DNA of 64,000 nt from a virus (Duplodnaviria; Caudoviricetes), in the IMG/VR virus record IMGVR_UViG_642918881_000001, positions 5,905 through 69,904 of that record, one strand, 5' to 3'. The translations under genes and the position numbers were made by a program. Shown here piece after piece: positions 55,220 to 63,083 of the stretch (positions are counted from its first letter, which is position 1; each line of letters opens with the position of its first letter). Under the pieces are notes generated by a model. The model was not told where the DNA came from and ran no database searches. It was given only the letters and a program-made list of their open reading frames with translations.

Positions 55220-55413
55220 CAGGCACCGCCCCGGTGTGCGTCCTGGCCGTGCAACTGCCGTCCGCTCAGTGCGACGTGCTTTCGAGCCATGCCCGTGCGG
55301 TCGATGATCGGCCGGTGCTGTGTGTTGTATCGCCGTCCGCAGTCCGTACACACATCGCCGCAGTGGGGTCGGTTGCTTCCGGGACACCACTGGCTGATCA
55401 TCTTGGGCATCAC
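55219..55413 (-). CDS. small zinc-binding protein
   Basis: CPGS...CTDCGR...RKH. Confidence 0.6.
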   Translation of the reverse strand: MMPKMISQWCPGSNRPHCGDVCTDCGRRYNTQHRPIIDRTGMARKHVALSGRQLHGQDAHRGGA

Positions 55414-55796
55414 CACACCTCCAGGGGTACGTCGCAGTCATCGGCGTGCTGCGCCAGGTAGTGCGCGCCGCAGGTGGCGCAGTGGTCGGTGTCGTCGTAG
55501 GGATCGGTGGCGGCGCGCAGCGCGGCGGTCATCCGTGCGCCCTGGCGGCAGCTGCACCCTGGGCAGTGCGGGCCACGGATGTTGCTGCGCCGGTACGTGC
55601 CGCCCTCGCTGCCCGGCACCAGCCGGTCGGCAATCACCTCGTCCTCGGTCACCAGCCGCCCGCACTCCCAGCAGGGCACTTTCGTGCCGTCGCCGCCGAA
55701 CCCGGCCTCGGGGCTCACCAGCCAGCGCCGCCGGGCGCGCCGGTCGTAGCTGCTGCCGCGTTCGTTGCGGTTACTCCGCCCGCAGATGCTGCTCAC
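55410..55796 (-). CDS. HNH endonuclease
   Basis: CWECG...ADRLVPGSEGGTYRRSNIRGPHCPGC (variant HNH). Confidence 0.75.
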   Translation of the reverse strand: MSSICGRSNRNERGSSYDRRARRRWLVSPEAGFGGDGTKVPCWECGRLVTEDEVIADRLVPGSEGGTYRRSNIRGPHCPGCSCRQGARMTAALRAATDPYDDTDHCATCGAHYLAQHADDCDVPLEVW

Positions 55797-55939
55797 TTGG
55801 TCACCACACTGGGCGGATCGAACACCAGCCGCCAGCGGTCGCCCGTCCACAGCAGCACCCACCAGTGCCGCAGGCGGTGCCGGTCGCCGTCGAACAGGCG
55901 CGCCACGTCGGCGCGCGTGGGTACACCGCTGCCGGTCAC
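55793..55939 (-). CDS. hypothetical 48-aa protein
   Basis: Hand translation; GTGA overlaps. Confidence 0.45.
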   Translation of the reverse strand: MTGSGVPTRADVARLFDGDRHRLRHWWVLLWTGDRWRLVFDPPSVVTK

Positions 55940-56030
55940 CGGCCGACCACCTGGCCGCACCGGGCGCACACCTGGGCGGGCCTGCCGCCGCGCAGCACAA
56001 CCACGGCGGTGATGTGCGGGCAGGGTGGCC

Positions 56031-56189
56031 TCATGCGCGCTGGGCCTCCTCGTCGCGCTGCCAGTCGTCCAGGATCGCGGTCAGCCGGTTAACCGGCACC
56101 ACCAGCGCACTGCCGTACTCGGCGCACAGCTCGCGGATGCGGGCCAGGGCCAGCCGGTCGGGCGTCAGGGCGAACGGGTCACTGATCAC
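56031..56189 (-). CDS. hypothetical 52-aa protein
   Basis: GTGA overlap; GAGGAG RBS. Confidence 0.55.
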   Translation of the reverse strand: MISDPFALTPDRLALARIRELCAEYGSALVVPVNRLTAILDDWQRDEEAQRA

Positions 56190-56398
56190 AGGTCGAACTC
56201 CTCCTCGTACATCGGCAAGAACTCCGACGCGGGCCGGGGCTGCCCGGCGGCAACGCTGGCGTCGAACATGGCCAGCAGATGCTCCAGGTAGCGCACGTGC
56301 GGGCTGGGCTCCAGCCCGTTGTCCGGCGCGTCGACAATGCGCGCGATGAACTTGCGCCGCTGACGGTCCACGTCCATCCCGTGGCTGACGGTTTTCAC
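56186..56398 (-). CDS. hypothetical protein
   Basis: AGGAG RBS; GTGA overlap. Confidence 0.6.
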   Translation of the reverse strand: MKTVSHGMDVDRQRRKFIARIVDAPDNGLEPSPHVRYLEHLLAMFDASVAAGQPRPASEFLPMYEEEFDL

Positions 56399-56643
56399 GG
56401 GCACTCCTGGCCGGGGCGGTGGACCAGGCGGCATTCCGCGCAAATAACCTCCCGCGCGTCCACCTCGAACTCCCGCATGTCGATGGCGTCCTCACTGCCC
56501 GGCCCGCGCACGGTGGGCCAGCTCAGCTCCAGGTCGGGCACCGGCCCGCAGTCGATGCCCGGCAGGCAGCTCGCGCATCCGTCCACCGCACTGTGAGCGC
56601 GGTGGCCGCACTTGCGGCAGGGCACGCGGGTATCGAACGTCAT
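56395..56643 (-). CDS. Cys-rich hypothetical protein
   Basis: CRKCGH, CASC and CAECRLVH motifs. Confidence 0.6.
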   Translation of the reverse strand: MTFDTRVPCRKCGHRAHSAVDGCASCLPGIDCGPVPDLELSWPTVRGPGSEDAIDMREFEVDAREVICAECRLVHRPGQECP

Positions 56644-56798
56644 GGCCTGTCGTCCCATCCGTTGCGCAGCTTGCTGGTCAGGCACGGCTGGCCCAGTGTG
56701 TTGTCGTGCTCGGCAAAGCAGCGCTGACCCTCGGCGTTACGCACCACGTCGACCGTCTTGGTGCATACCGGGCACCAGTACGTTCCCTCGGCGCTCAT
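56640..56798 (-). CDS. small zinc-binding protein
   Basis: MSAEGTYWCPVC...H...C; ATGA overlaps. Confidence 0.55.
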   Translation of the reverse strand: MSAEGTYWCPVCTKTVDVVRNAEGQRCFAEHDNTLGQPCLTSKLRNGWDDRP

Positions 56799-57277
56799 CG
56801 TGTCCTCACTACGGCGGTCACGGTGCTGCCCGGCCGGAAATGCTCACGCCAACCGTGGTACTCCAGCAGCGCGCCCAGGTCGTCCAGCACCACGAAGCGG
56901 TCAGCCGCCAGGCCGACGCGCACGTGGCCCATCAGAGGCCGGTCCAACGTGGTCTCGGCCAGGGTCACGTGGTCGGTGTGGCAGGGACGCCACGGTGCCC
57001 ACCAGGGCCGGTCACCCCACGCCGCCACCAGCGCCACCATGGTCGTGCCGGGGCTCACCTCGGTGGCCGGGTCCACGATGGGCGGCGCGGTAGCCAGCAC
57101 CTCGGCGCGCTGTCCGGCGCGGCGGCGCAGCAACAGCACCCGCACGATGAACGCCAGCAGCACGCCGACGACGGCATCGCGCCAGCTGAACGGCCAGCCG
57201 ATCCACTGGTCGATGGACCAGCTGATCGCCAGGCACACGGGCATCACGATGAACCACCAGCCCAGCCAGTCCCTCAT
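56795..57277 (-). CDS. membrane protein
   Basis: Two N-terminal TM segments. Confidence 0.65.
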   Translation of the reverse strand: MRDWLGWWFIVMPVCLAISWSIDQWIGWPFSWRDAVVGVLLAFIVRVLLLRRRAGQRAEVLATAPPIVDPATEVSPGTTMVALVAAWGDRPWWAPWRPCHTDHVTLAETTLDRPLMGHVRVGLAADRFVVLDDLGALLEYHGWREHFRPGSTVTAVVRTR

Positions 57278-57423
57278 GGACGCCATGGTTCGGCCCCCGT
57301 TCCGGTGCTCACGTTGTGCGTGAAGCACCAGCCATACCGCCAGCGGCAGGTCGGCCCGCAGGGCAGCAGGCCCACGGCGCGCATCACCTCGGCCAGCTCG
57401 GCGTTCGTCATGTTGGCGTCCAT
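57274..57423 (-). CDS. hypothetical 49-aa protein
   Basis: GGAGGG RBS; hand translation MDANMTNAELAEVM... Confidence 0.5.
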   Translation of the reverse strand: MDANMTNAELAEVMRAVGLLPCGPTCRWRYGWCFTHNVSTGTGAEPWRP

Positions 57424-57424
57424 G

Positions 57425-57739
57425 TCAGCCCTCCAGCTTCTTGCGCAGCGCGGCCAGGTCGATGTCGTCCAGGGGCGGCACCGCCAGCCCCAAGATCAGC
57501 GGCAGTTCCACGTCATGCGTGTTGCACCAGACCGTCACCGGCGGCGCGCCATAGGTGAAGGCCAGCTCGCAGCCCAGCTGGGCGTGAACGCCGACCTCGG
57601 GGTTCATGTTGGGCAGCCGACCATTGGCCGGAGCCTCGGGCTCGCGGGCCAGATGCTGCGCGATGTTCTCCAGCGCGGCAACAGCGCGCTTGGCCAGCGT
57701 CATGGCATCACGGGTCGGGCCGGGCAGCAGGTTAACCAT
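57425..57739 (-). CDS. hypothetical protein
   Basis: AAAGGA RBS; GC3 bias. Confidence 0.65.
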   Translation of the reverse strand: MVNLLPGPTRDAMTLAKRAVAALENIAQHLAREPEAPANGRLPNMNPEVGVHAQLGCELAFTYGAPPVTVWCNTHDVELPLILGLAVPPLDDIDLAALRKKLEG

Positions 57740-58016
57740 GGTCGGGTCGTCCTTTCGAGGTGAGGGGTAGGCCAGCCCGCCGGAGCGTGGCTATGGCGTT
57801 CTTGAGCGCGCGGGTATCGCTGGGCGTGCCGGGCAAGGTGGTCGTCAGCACGCCTTGGACGTACACCTTGAAGTGACCTCGGCACGGTTTGACCTCACCG
57901 CCCACGGCGATCACCGCGTGTACCAGCTCGCGGACGGCGGTGTTGGTGCCGCCCACGCGCTTGCGGCCACAGCCGGGCACCGGCCGGGTCGGATCGGTGG
58001 ATATTGGTTGGCCCAC
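57732..58016 (-). CDS. HicA-like toxin/RNase
   Basis: VRELVHAV...GGEVKPCRGHFKVY...TLPGTPSDTRALKNAIATLRRAG; AAAGGAGG RBS. Confidence 0.7.
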   Translation of the reverse strand: MGQPISTDPTRPVPGCGRKRVGGTNTAVRELVHAVIAVGGEVKPCRGHFKVYVQGVLTTTLPGTPSDTRALKNAIATLRRAGLPLTSKGRPDHG

Positions 58017-58069
58017 AGCGAGCCTCCTTTCGGTGGTGGGCCGGGCCTTCCGGCCCACCGGGTGGATGC

Positions 58070-58342
58070 TTACTCGTTGATTTCGCCGACCCAGATCACC
58101 GCACGCATGGCGTCGGTGGCCTTGGCCCCGTCGAGCCCGGTGCCCACGATCACAATGCGCTCGGTGCGTCCGTTGTGGCGGTAGGTGCCGCGCAGCACGC
58201 CGTCGAACTGGAGGTCGTCCAGGGTGATGGTGCGGTGCAGAGCCTCGGCCACGCGGAGCGCGGCGTCCATGTCGGCGGCGCGGTCGTCGGTGGTGATGTC
58301 GGTTTGCGTGCCACGGCTGGTGATGATCGAGAAGGTGGACAT
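58070..58342 (-). CDS. hypothetical protein
   Basis: AAGGGAG RBS; first gene after cassette copy 4. Confidence 0.75.
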   Translation of the reverse strand: MSTFSIITSRGTQTDITTDDRAADMDAALRVAEALHRTITLDDLQFDGVLRGTYRHNGRTERIVIVGTGLDGAKATDAMRAVIWVGEINE

Positions 58343-58364
58343 TGCTGGCTCCCTTACCTGCGGT

Positions 58365-58426
58365 GGCGGGGCGGTCCCGCCTGGCTGATGTGAACACAGT
58401 AACCCGACTAAGGCGGGTAAGTCAAG
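58365..58426 (-). promoter_or_regulatory. repeated promoter/operator cassette, copy 4
   Basis: TTGACT-N18-TACTGT; spacer core flipped relative to copy 1. Confidence 0.85.
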
Positions 58427-58574
58427 AACTGTTTTTGCAGGTCGTAGGTTTGTCCACGCTGTGCCGCCGCACCATGCCGTTCGCCTTGACGGCGAAGCGG
58501 TGCCCGCACGCCCGGCAGTAGTCGTGTCCGCGAAAGGTGCGGGCCGGGGGCTTGTCGCTCCCCGAGCACCGCAC
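58422..58574 (-). CDS. small zinc-binding protein (similar to 55219-55413)
   Basis: Hand translation VRCSGSDKPP...YCRACGHRFAVKANGMVRRH. Confidence 0.5.
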   Translation of the reverse strand: MRCSGSDKPPARTFRGHDYCRACGHRFAVKANGMVRRHSVDKPTTCKNSS

Positions 58575-58581
58575 CCTTGCG

Positions 58582-58902
58582 TCACTGATGGTCGCCCTCG
58601 AACTTCATGCACCGCCCGCCCGACGCCAGCACGTACATGCACACGTCGCCGCCGGGCATGGGCTCGAACTCGTGGTGTGCGTCCGTGTCCTGGTCGGGAT
58701 TGCCGGGGCTGTGCGAGCCGCTGGCGGGCGAACCGGCCTCGCCCCGACCACTGGCCCAGGCGGCAGGCAGGAACCCGCCACGGGCCAGCCAGCCGTGAAG
58801 GCCCAACGTCAGCTCGCACAGCCGATGGATACCGTCGTGGTACTCGGACTGATCAGTGCGGGCGATGTCCAGCATTTCGGCCAGTGCGGCGTCGGGGTCC
58901 AT
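58582..58902 (-). CDS. hypothetical protein
   Basis: MDPDAALAEML...LHGWLARGGFLPAAW; GGAGG RBS. Confidence 0.7.
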   Translation of the reverse strand: MDPDAALAEMLDIARTDQSEYHDGIHRLCELTLGLHGWLARGGFLPAAWASGRGEAGSPASGSHSPGNPDQDTDAHHEFEPMPGGDVCMYVLASGGRCMKFEGDHQ

Positions 58903-59111
58903 CAGCTGACCTCCACCCACTGCGTGACCACGGCCAGCGCCGCCTCGTAGCTGTCGGCGTCGGTGACCTCGTTGACGAACTCGGTCACCTCGGCCACGTG
59001 GCCAGCGGTGCGCAGCGCCTTGCTGACCCGGCCGATGATGAAGAACACGTTGCCGTCCTGGCCGGTCATCTGCACCAGTACGTCGGGGTACTTCGGCTCC
59101 TGCCCGGCCAT
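58902..59111 (-). CDS. hypothetical protein
   Basis: VQMTGQDGNVFFIIGRVSKALR...SYEAAL, a recognisable small phage protein motif. Confidence 0.75.
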   Translation of the reverse strand: MAGQEPKYPDVLVQMTGQDGNVFFIIGRVSKALRTAGHVAEVTEFVNEVTDADSYEAALAVVTQWVEVS

Positions 59112-59701
59112 CAGTAACGGTCCTCGCGGCCAAACGGGCTGCCCATGAAGGCAATGCCGTAGCCCCGGCCACCGGACCCGCCAGCGCCAGGCGGCACCTC
59201 GGCCCGCACCAGCGGGTCCACCACGCCACCGGGCGCGTAGGTGCCCAGCACCCGGCCGTAGCTGCCCATGCGCTCAGCCACCGGGGTCTCCTCGTCGGGG
59301 CTGGGGCCGATGTTCTCCGTGTCGGTGACCACGCGCAGGCTCGGCCAGTTGGCCTCACCGACGAACTGGAGCAGGCCCGGCCAGTTCAGCCGGTCGGTGG
59401 TCTGGCCGGTGACCGCCCAGCGCACGCTCCGGCCCTGCCGCCAGCCCACGGCGGCATAGTGGTACTCCCGCCCGGCCTGGTACTTGGTGAAGATGACGAC
59501 CGCGCTTTCGCCCTCATGCACGGGCGGCATCTTGGGCCGGGCCTCCTCGCGGCGGCGCAGTTCCTCCTGGGCCACCAGCCGGTCGATCCGCGTGGCTTCC
59601 TCCAGCATGGCGGCAGCCTGCTCGCGCAGGTCGCGGGCGCGCACCGGATTGACCGGCGCGGCTGCCGTCTCGGCCTTTACGTCCTCGGTGTCGTTGGACA
59701 T
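59111..59701 (-). CDS. hypothetical protein
   Basis: AAGGAGG RBS with CACAACCA motif. Confidence 0.75.
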   Translation of the reverse strand: MSNDTEDVKAETAAAPVNPVRARDLREQAAAMLEEATRIDRLVAQEELRRREEARPKMPPVHEGESAVVIFTKYQAGREYHYAAVGWRQGRSVRWAVTGQTTDRLNWPGLLQFVGEANWPSLRVVTDTENIGPSPDEETPVAERMGSYGRVLGTYAPGGVVDPLVRAEVPPGAGGSGGRGYGIAFMGSPFGREDRY

Positions 59702-59811
59702 GTGGTGTTCCTCCTTGGTTGTGGTGTGCGGCCAGCGGATGCCGCCGCGCGTGCAGGTGATGGGCGGCAGCAGCGCTGGCCAGTAGCCGAACTGTGCCGC
59801 TGGCCAGCGCA

Positions 59812-60042
59812 CTACGGCAGCTCCACCTCGTCGTCGGGGCCGGAGCCGTAGCTGGCCGGGTGCTTGGCGGTGGCGCAGCGGCTGTTCTTGCCCGCCATGC
59901 CGATGCCGTGCTTGGCGTTCACGAACGCGGGGTTCATGCACGCTTGGTCGTAGACCGGGTACTGGCCGGTCTCGGCGGTGGCGGTCGCGGCACCGAACAG
60001 GGCCATGCCTGCGGTGAGCGCGGCGGCGATCAGGTACTTCAT
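59812..60042 (-). CDS. small secreted protein
   Basis: Signal peptide MKYLIAAALTAGMALFGAATATA; two Cys. Confidence 0.7.
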   Translation of the reverse strand: MKYLIAAALTAGMALFGAATATAETGQYPVYDQACMNPAFVNAKHGIGMAGKNSRCATAKHPASYGSGPDDEVELP

Positions 60043-60080
60043 GGTGTCCTCCTTGGTTGTGGATGTAGCGGTTTGCTACG

Positions 60081-60150
60081 TGGCCCCGGCTGGACTCGAA
60101 CCAGCAACAACAGTGATCAACTGCGCGCTCCCCAGGTGCGCCGCAGGGCC
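60081..60150 (-). ncRNA. tRNA-like RNA with shortened anticodon arm (loop UUGAUCA)
   Basis: GGCCCTG CG GCGC-ACCTGGGGA-GCGC G CAG-TTGATCA-CTG TTGTT GCTGG-TTCGAGT-CCAGC CGGGGCC A: 7-bp acceptor, D arm and canonical T arm. Confidence 0.7.
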
Positions 60151-60197
60151 TTGGTGGTGCGGGCCGGTGGTCAGTTCACCGACCCGCACCGGTCTTA

Positions 60198-61244
60198 CTA
60201 CACCGGCAGCAAGGCGGTGAACGCCTTGGCCTTCATGTTGCCGATGTCGCTGCTCATCAGGGTGCGCTGGGCGCGGCGGATGGCTGCCTCCTCGCCCTCG
60301 GCACCGGTCACCGGGCGGTGGTGGTCCAGGTACTCGGTGACCGCGTTGTACACACCGAACGCCGTGCCACGGAACGGAGCCACGGTGTCGGCGGTGCGGT
60401 ACAGGTCGACCACCTCGGCGGCGCGCAGCTTGCGGCTCTCGGCCTGCTTCTCGGTGGTGGCACCGGGCACGTTCCAGATGTCCTCCAGCACCTCCAGCAC
60501 CTGCACCGGGTTCATCTCCCGCTTGATCAGGAGTTCGCACTGCTCCACGAACGTGTCGCGGTAGGCGAAGGTCAGCCCCAGCAGCTGGCGCACCTCGGCC
60601 AGGCGCTTGTCGGGCTCGCCGGTGTGGCGCAGGCTCACGCTCGACCGGGCGGCGTGCTCGGCCATGCGCTGCGTGTTGGCGCACACGATGCGCACCGGGC
60701 TGATGATGGCCCGCAGCGCGTCCTCGCCGGTGTGGTTGTTCAGGATGCTGATGTACAGATCGGTGACGTCCAGCTCCCCGGTAACCGGCGACCGGAACTC
60801 CATGTGGGCGGGCATCTTCATGGTGACGAAGGTGTCCCGGCCACCGCGCAGCGCGCCGATGGTCTCGATGTGCGCGCCGCCCTCGTCCACGATCTGGCTG
60901 AGCAGCGCGGTGGTCTGCTCGTTCTGGAACGGGGTCCAGCGGTTGCCGACCACGCCCAGGGCCTCGGTGCCGCCGTTGACGGGGTTCGTGCGGACCACCA
61001 CGTGGCGGTCGGGCACGGTGAGGCTCAGGGTGCCCTCGCCGGTCTGGTCGGGCACCTCGGCCGTCAACGGCACCTTGCGCACGTCCCAGCCGCGCATGTG
61101 GGCGGCGTCCAGGGCCTCGTCGGTGGTCATCAGGTGGCCGACCGGCGTGCCGAGCTTGTGCCAGGCGTCGACCAGCCCGTTGGCGTCGGTGCGGCTGTCC
61201 GCAAAGCTGGTGATGCCGTCGGTGGTGTCGAGTTCGTGTGCCAT
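60198..61244 (-). CDS. DUF932/DUF945-family protein
   Basis: AWHKLG, LGVVGNRWTPFQN, NNHTG, PVRIVCANT and GTAFGVYNAVTEYLDH motifs. Confidence 0.85.
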   Translation of the reverse strand: MAHELDTTDGITSFADSRTDANGLVDAWHKLGTPVGHLMTTDEALDAAHMRGWDVRKVPLTAEVPDQTGEGTLSLTVPDRHVVVRTNPVNGGTEALGVVGNRWTPFQNEQTTALLSQIVDEGGAHIETIGALRGGRDTFVTMKMPAHMEFRSPVTGELDVTDLYISILNNHTGEDALRAIISPVRIVCANTQRMAEHAARSSVSLRHTGEPDKRLAEVRQLLGLTFAYRDTFVEQCELLIKREMNPVQVLEVLEDIWNVPGATTEKQAESRKLRAAEVVDLYRTADTVAPFRGTAFGVYNAVTEYLDHHRPVTGAEGEEAAIRRAQRTLMSSDIGNMKAKAFTALLPV

Positions 61245-61289
61245 GTCAATTCTCCTTGGTTGTGTAGGTGGTTGGTTGTCGGAGGGCGG

Positions 61290-61412
61290 TTATCGAACCA
61301 GCTCGCTGTCGGTCACCTCGTAGCCCTCGGGCAGCAGCCGGGCCAGGCGCTCGGCCACGTCCAGCGGATGGACGTTTTCGGGAACCGAAATGGTGACGGT
61401 GACGAGCTTCAT
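61290..61412 (-). CDS. hypothetical 40-aa protein
   Basis: AAGGAGG RBS; first ORF after cassette copy 5 (MKLVTVTISVPENVHP...). Confidence 0.65.
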   Translation of the reverse strand: MKLVTVTISVPENVHPLDVAERLARLLPEGYEVTDSELVR

Positions 61413-61436
61413 GGGGTACCTCCTTGGTTGTGGCTA

Positions 61437-61496
61437 GCGGGGCGGTCCCGCCTGCTGATGTGAACACAGTAACCCGCCTTAGTCGGGTAAGTCAAG
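61437..61496 (-). promoter_or_regulatory. repeated promoter/operator cassette, copy 5
   Basis: TTGACT-N18-TACTGT plus hairpin. Confidence 0.85.
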
Positions 61497-61518
61497 ACGT
61501 TCAAGCAGGCAATTTGTG

Positions 61519-61674
61519 CTAGAACGATCCCATCACGTAGCCGATGGGAATGGCCAGCGCGCACGTCACCGTCAGCACGGCGCAGGTCAGCTCGGTCAGG
61601 GTGTCGGGCTTGGCGTAGTGCAGCCCCACGCAGGCCAGCAGGCCCACGGCCAGGATGATCAACTGGAGAATCAC
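61519..61674 (-). CDS. small membrane protein (2 TM)
   Basis: GGGAGG RBS; hydrophobic. Confidence 0.6.
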   Translation of the reverse strand: MILQLIILAVGLLACVGLHYAKPDTLTELTCAVLTVTCALAIPIGYVMGSF

Positions 61675-62036
61675 CAGGGGCCTCCCTCGGGCAGGTTGAA
61701 CCAGACGCGGCGCTGCTCCGGCGTCGGCGTGCCCGTCGGATCGGGCTCGGGCCACCGCGCCTCAATGCCGATGTTCACCCGCTGTTCGGGCGCTGGCGGG
61801 GCCAACAGCAGCTCCCACGGCACCGGGTCCGGCCCATGCTCGACCATGGCGGCGAACAGCCCGCCGTCGGTCTCGCGGTACACCTTCTCGGCGCGCTCCC
61901 GCCGAATGTCGTGGGCGATCTGCGCCGCCCAGCGGATGTGCGCGGCGGCGTCGGCCGCACGGTTGCGCCGCCGGGCCTTGCGGCCGAACCAGCCGCAGGC
62001 CGGGCACCAGAGCGCGTGTTCCACGTGAAACGTCAT
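61671..62036 (-). CDS. hypothetical protein
   Basis: CPACGW motif; ATGA overlap. Confidence 0.6.
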   Translation of the reverse strand: MTFHVEHALWCPACGWFGRKARRRNRAADAAAHIRWAAQIAHDIRRERAEKVYRETDGGLFAAMVEHGPDPVPWELLLAPPAPEQRVNIGIEARWPEPDPTGTPTPEQRRVWFNLPEGGPW

Positions 62037-62389
62037 GGCATGACCACCGCGAACTCGTTGCGGAACAGGCACAGCCGCTTTCCTCGGGCGAAGCGGATGC
62101 AGTACAGCGGCAGCCCCGTCGCGCTGGTCATGCGTGACGTGATCTTGCCTGTCCTGTTATCGGCCACCACGTGGTCGTTGACGACGGGCGTCACCGTGTA
62201 GGCATCGCTGATGTCGATGAGCCGGGCGTGGGCGGCGCGCTCGGCGCTGCGCTGGGCGTCGGCCTTGGTGCCGCACACGTCGGTGAAGTCCGGCCCGCTG
62301 GCTGTCCAGACGCCCAGGCGGGCGTCCACCTGCTGCACGGCGTAGGGTCCGGCCTGGTACAGCCCAGGCCGGGTGCGCGTCCACTTCAT
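62033..62389 (-). CDS. hypothetical protein
   Basis: MKWTRTRPGLYQAG; GGGAGG RBS. Confidence 0.65.
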   Translation of the reverse strand: MKWTRTRPGLYQAGPYAVQQVDARLGVWTASGPDFTDVCGTKADAQRSAERAAHARLIDISDAYTVTPVVNDHVVADNRTGKITSRMTSATGLPLYCIRFARGKRLCLFRNEFAVVMP

Positions 62390-62610
62390 GCGCGGGCCTC
62401 CCGCCGGTCGCGCCAGTAGGCGGCGTTCACGGTGAGTTCCCAGTCCACGATGGCGCTGGCCTGCGCCCACTGCTCGGCCTCGGGGTCCAGGGTGTTCTCC
62501 AGCGTGCTGGCGATGCCCTGGCCCACCGGGCAGGCGGGCTCATGGTCGGTGACGTAACCGGCGCAGCTGTCGCAGCCTGCGGGCTCGGTGACGTTGGCGG
62601 GGTCGTACAT
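62386..62610 (-). CDS. hypothetical protein
   Basis: GAGGAGG RBS; CDSC...HEPACP. Confidence 0.65.
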   Translation of the reverse strand: MYDPANVTEPAGCDSCAGYVTDHEPACPVGQGIASTLENTLDPEAEQWAQASAIVDWELTVNAAYWRDRREARA

Positions 62611-62615
62611 GGCGG

Positions 62616-62948
62616 TTATGCCTCCTCGGCGTTGATGCGGGCGATGGCTGCGGCGGCGTCCTTGGCGCTGGGCACCGACCGCACGTAGATGATGGAGCTG
62701 CCGGGTGCCAGGTCAACCTGGTAACCCACGGCGATCATGTCGTCGGCAAGGGCCTTGGCCTTGCGGACGTTGGCGCTGTCCAGGTCGCTGACGCTGACCC
62801 ACACGTTGGCCGGAATGGTGCGTCCGTTGCCACGGTGGACGCTGAACCCGGCGCGGTGGATCGGCTGGCAGATGATGCCGAAGTCCCGGTGCAGCGCCCG
62901 GCTGACGACCGGGGCAGTAGGTAGACCGTTGGCGGGCTTGCTGGCCAT
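62616..62948 (-). CDS. hypothetical protein
   Basis: AAGGAG RBS; first gene after cassette copy 6. Confidence 0.75.
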   Translation of the reverse strand: MASKPANGLPTAPVVSRALHRDFGIICQPIHRAGFSVHRGNGRTIPANVWVSVSDLDSANVRKAKALADDMIAVGYQVDLAPGSSIIYVRSVPSAKDAAAAIARINAEEA

Positions 62949-62970
62949 GGTTGGCTCCTTGGGTCGCGGC

Positions 62971-63032
62971 GGCGGGGCTGTCCCGCCTGGCTGATGTGAC
63001 CACAGTAACCCGACTAAGGCGGGTAAGTCAAG
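62971..63032 (-). promoter_or_regulatory. repeated promoter/operator cassette, copy 6
   Basis: TTGACT-N18-TACTGT; flipped spacer core; hairpin. Confidence 0.85.
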
Positions 63033-63083
63033 ACCTTGGCAGGGCCAGGACCAGGCAATTTGCCCGGCCCCGGCCCTGGAGGC

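Noticed and set aside
60081-60150. Ordinary decoding tRNA-Ile(GAU)
   Set aside because: The anticodon stem is about 2 bp short, with C at the position-8 and position-37 equivalents; reported as tRNA-like instead.
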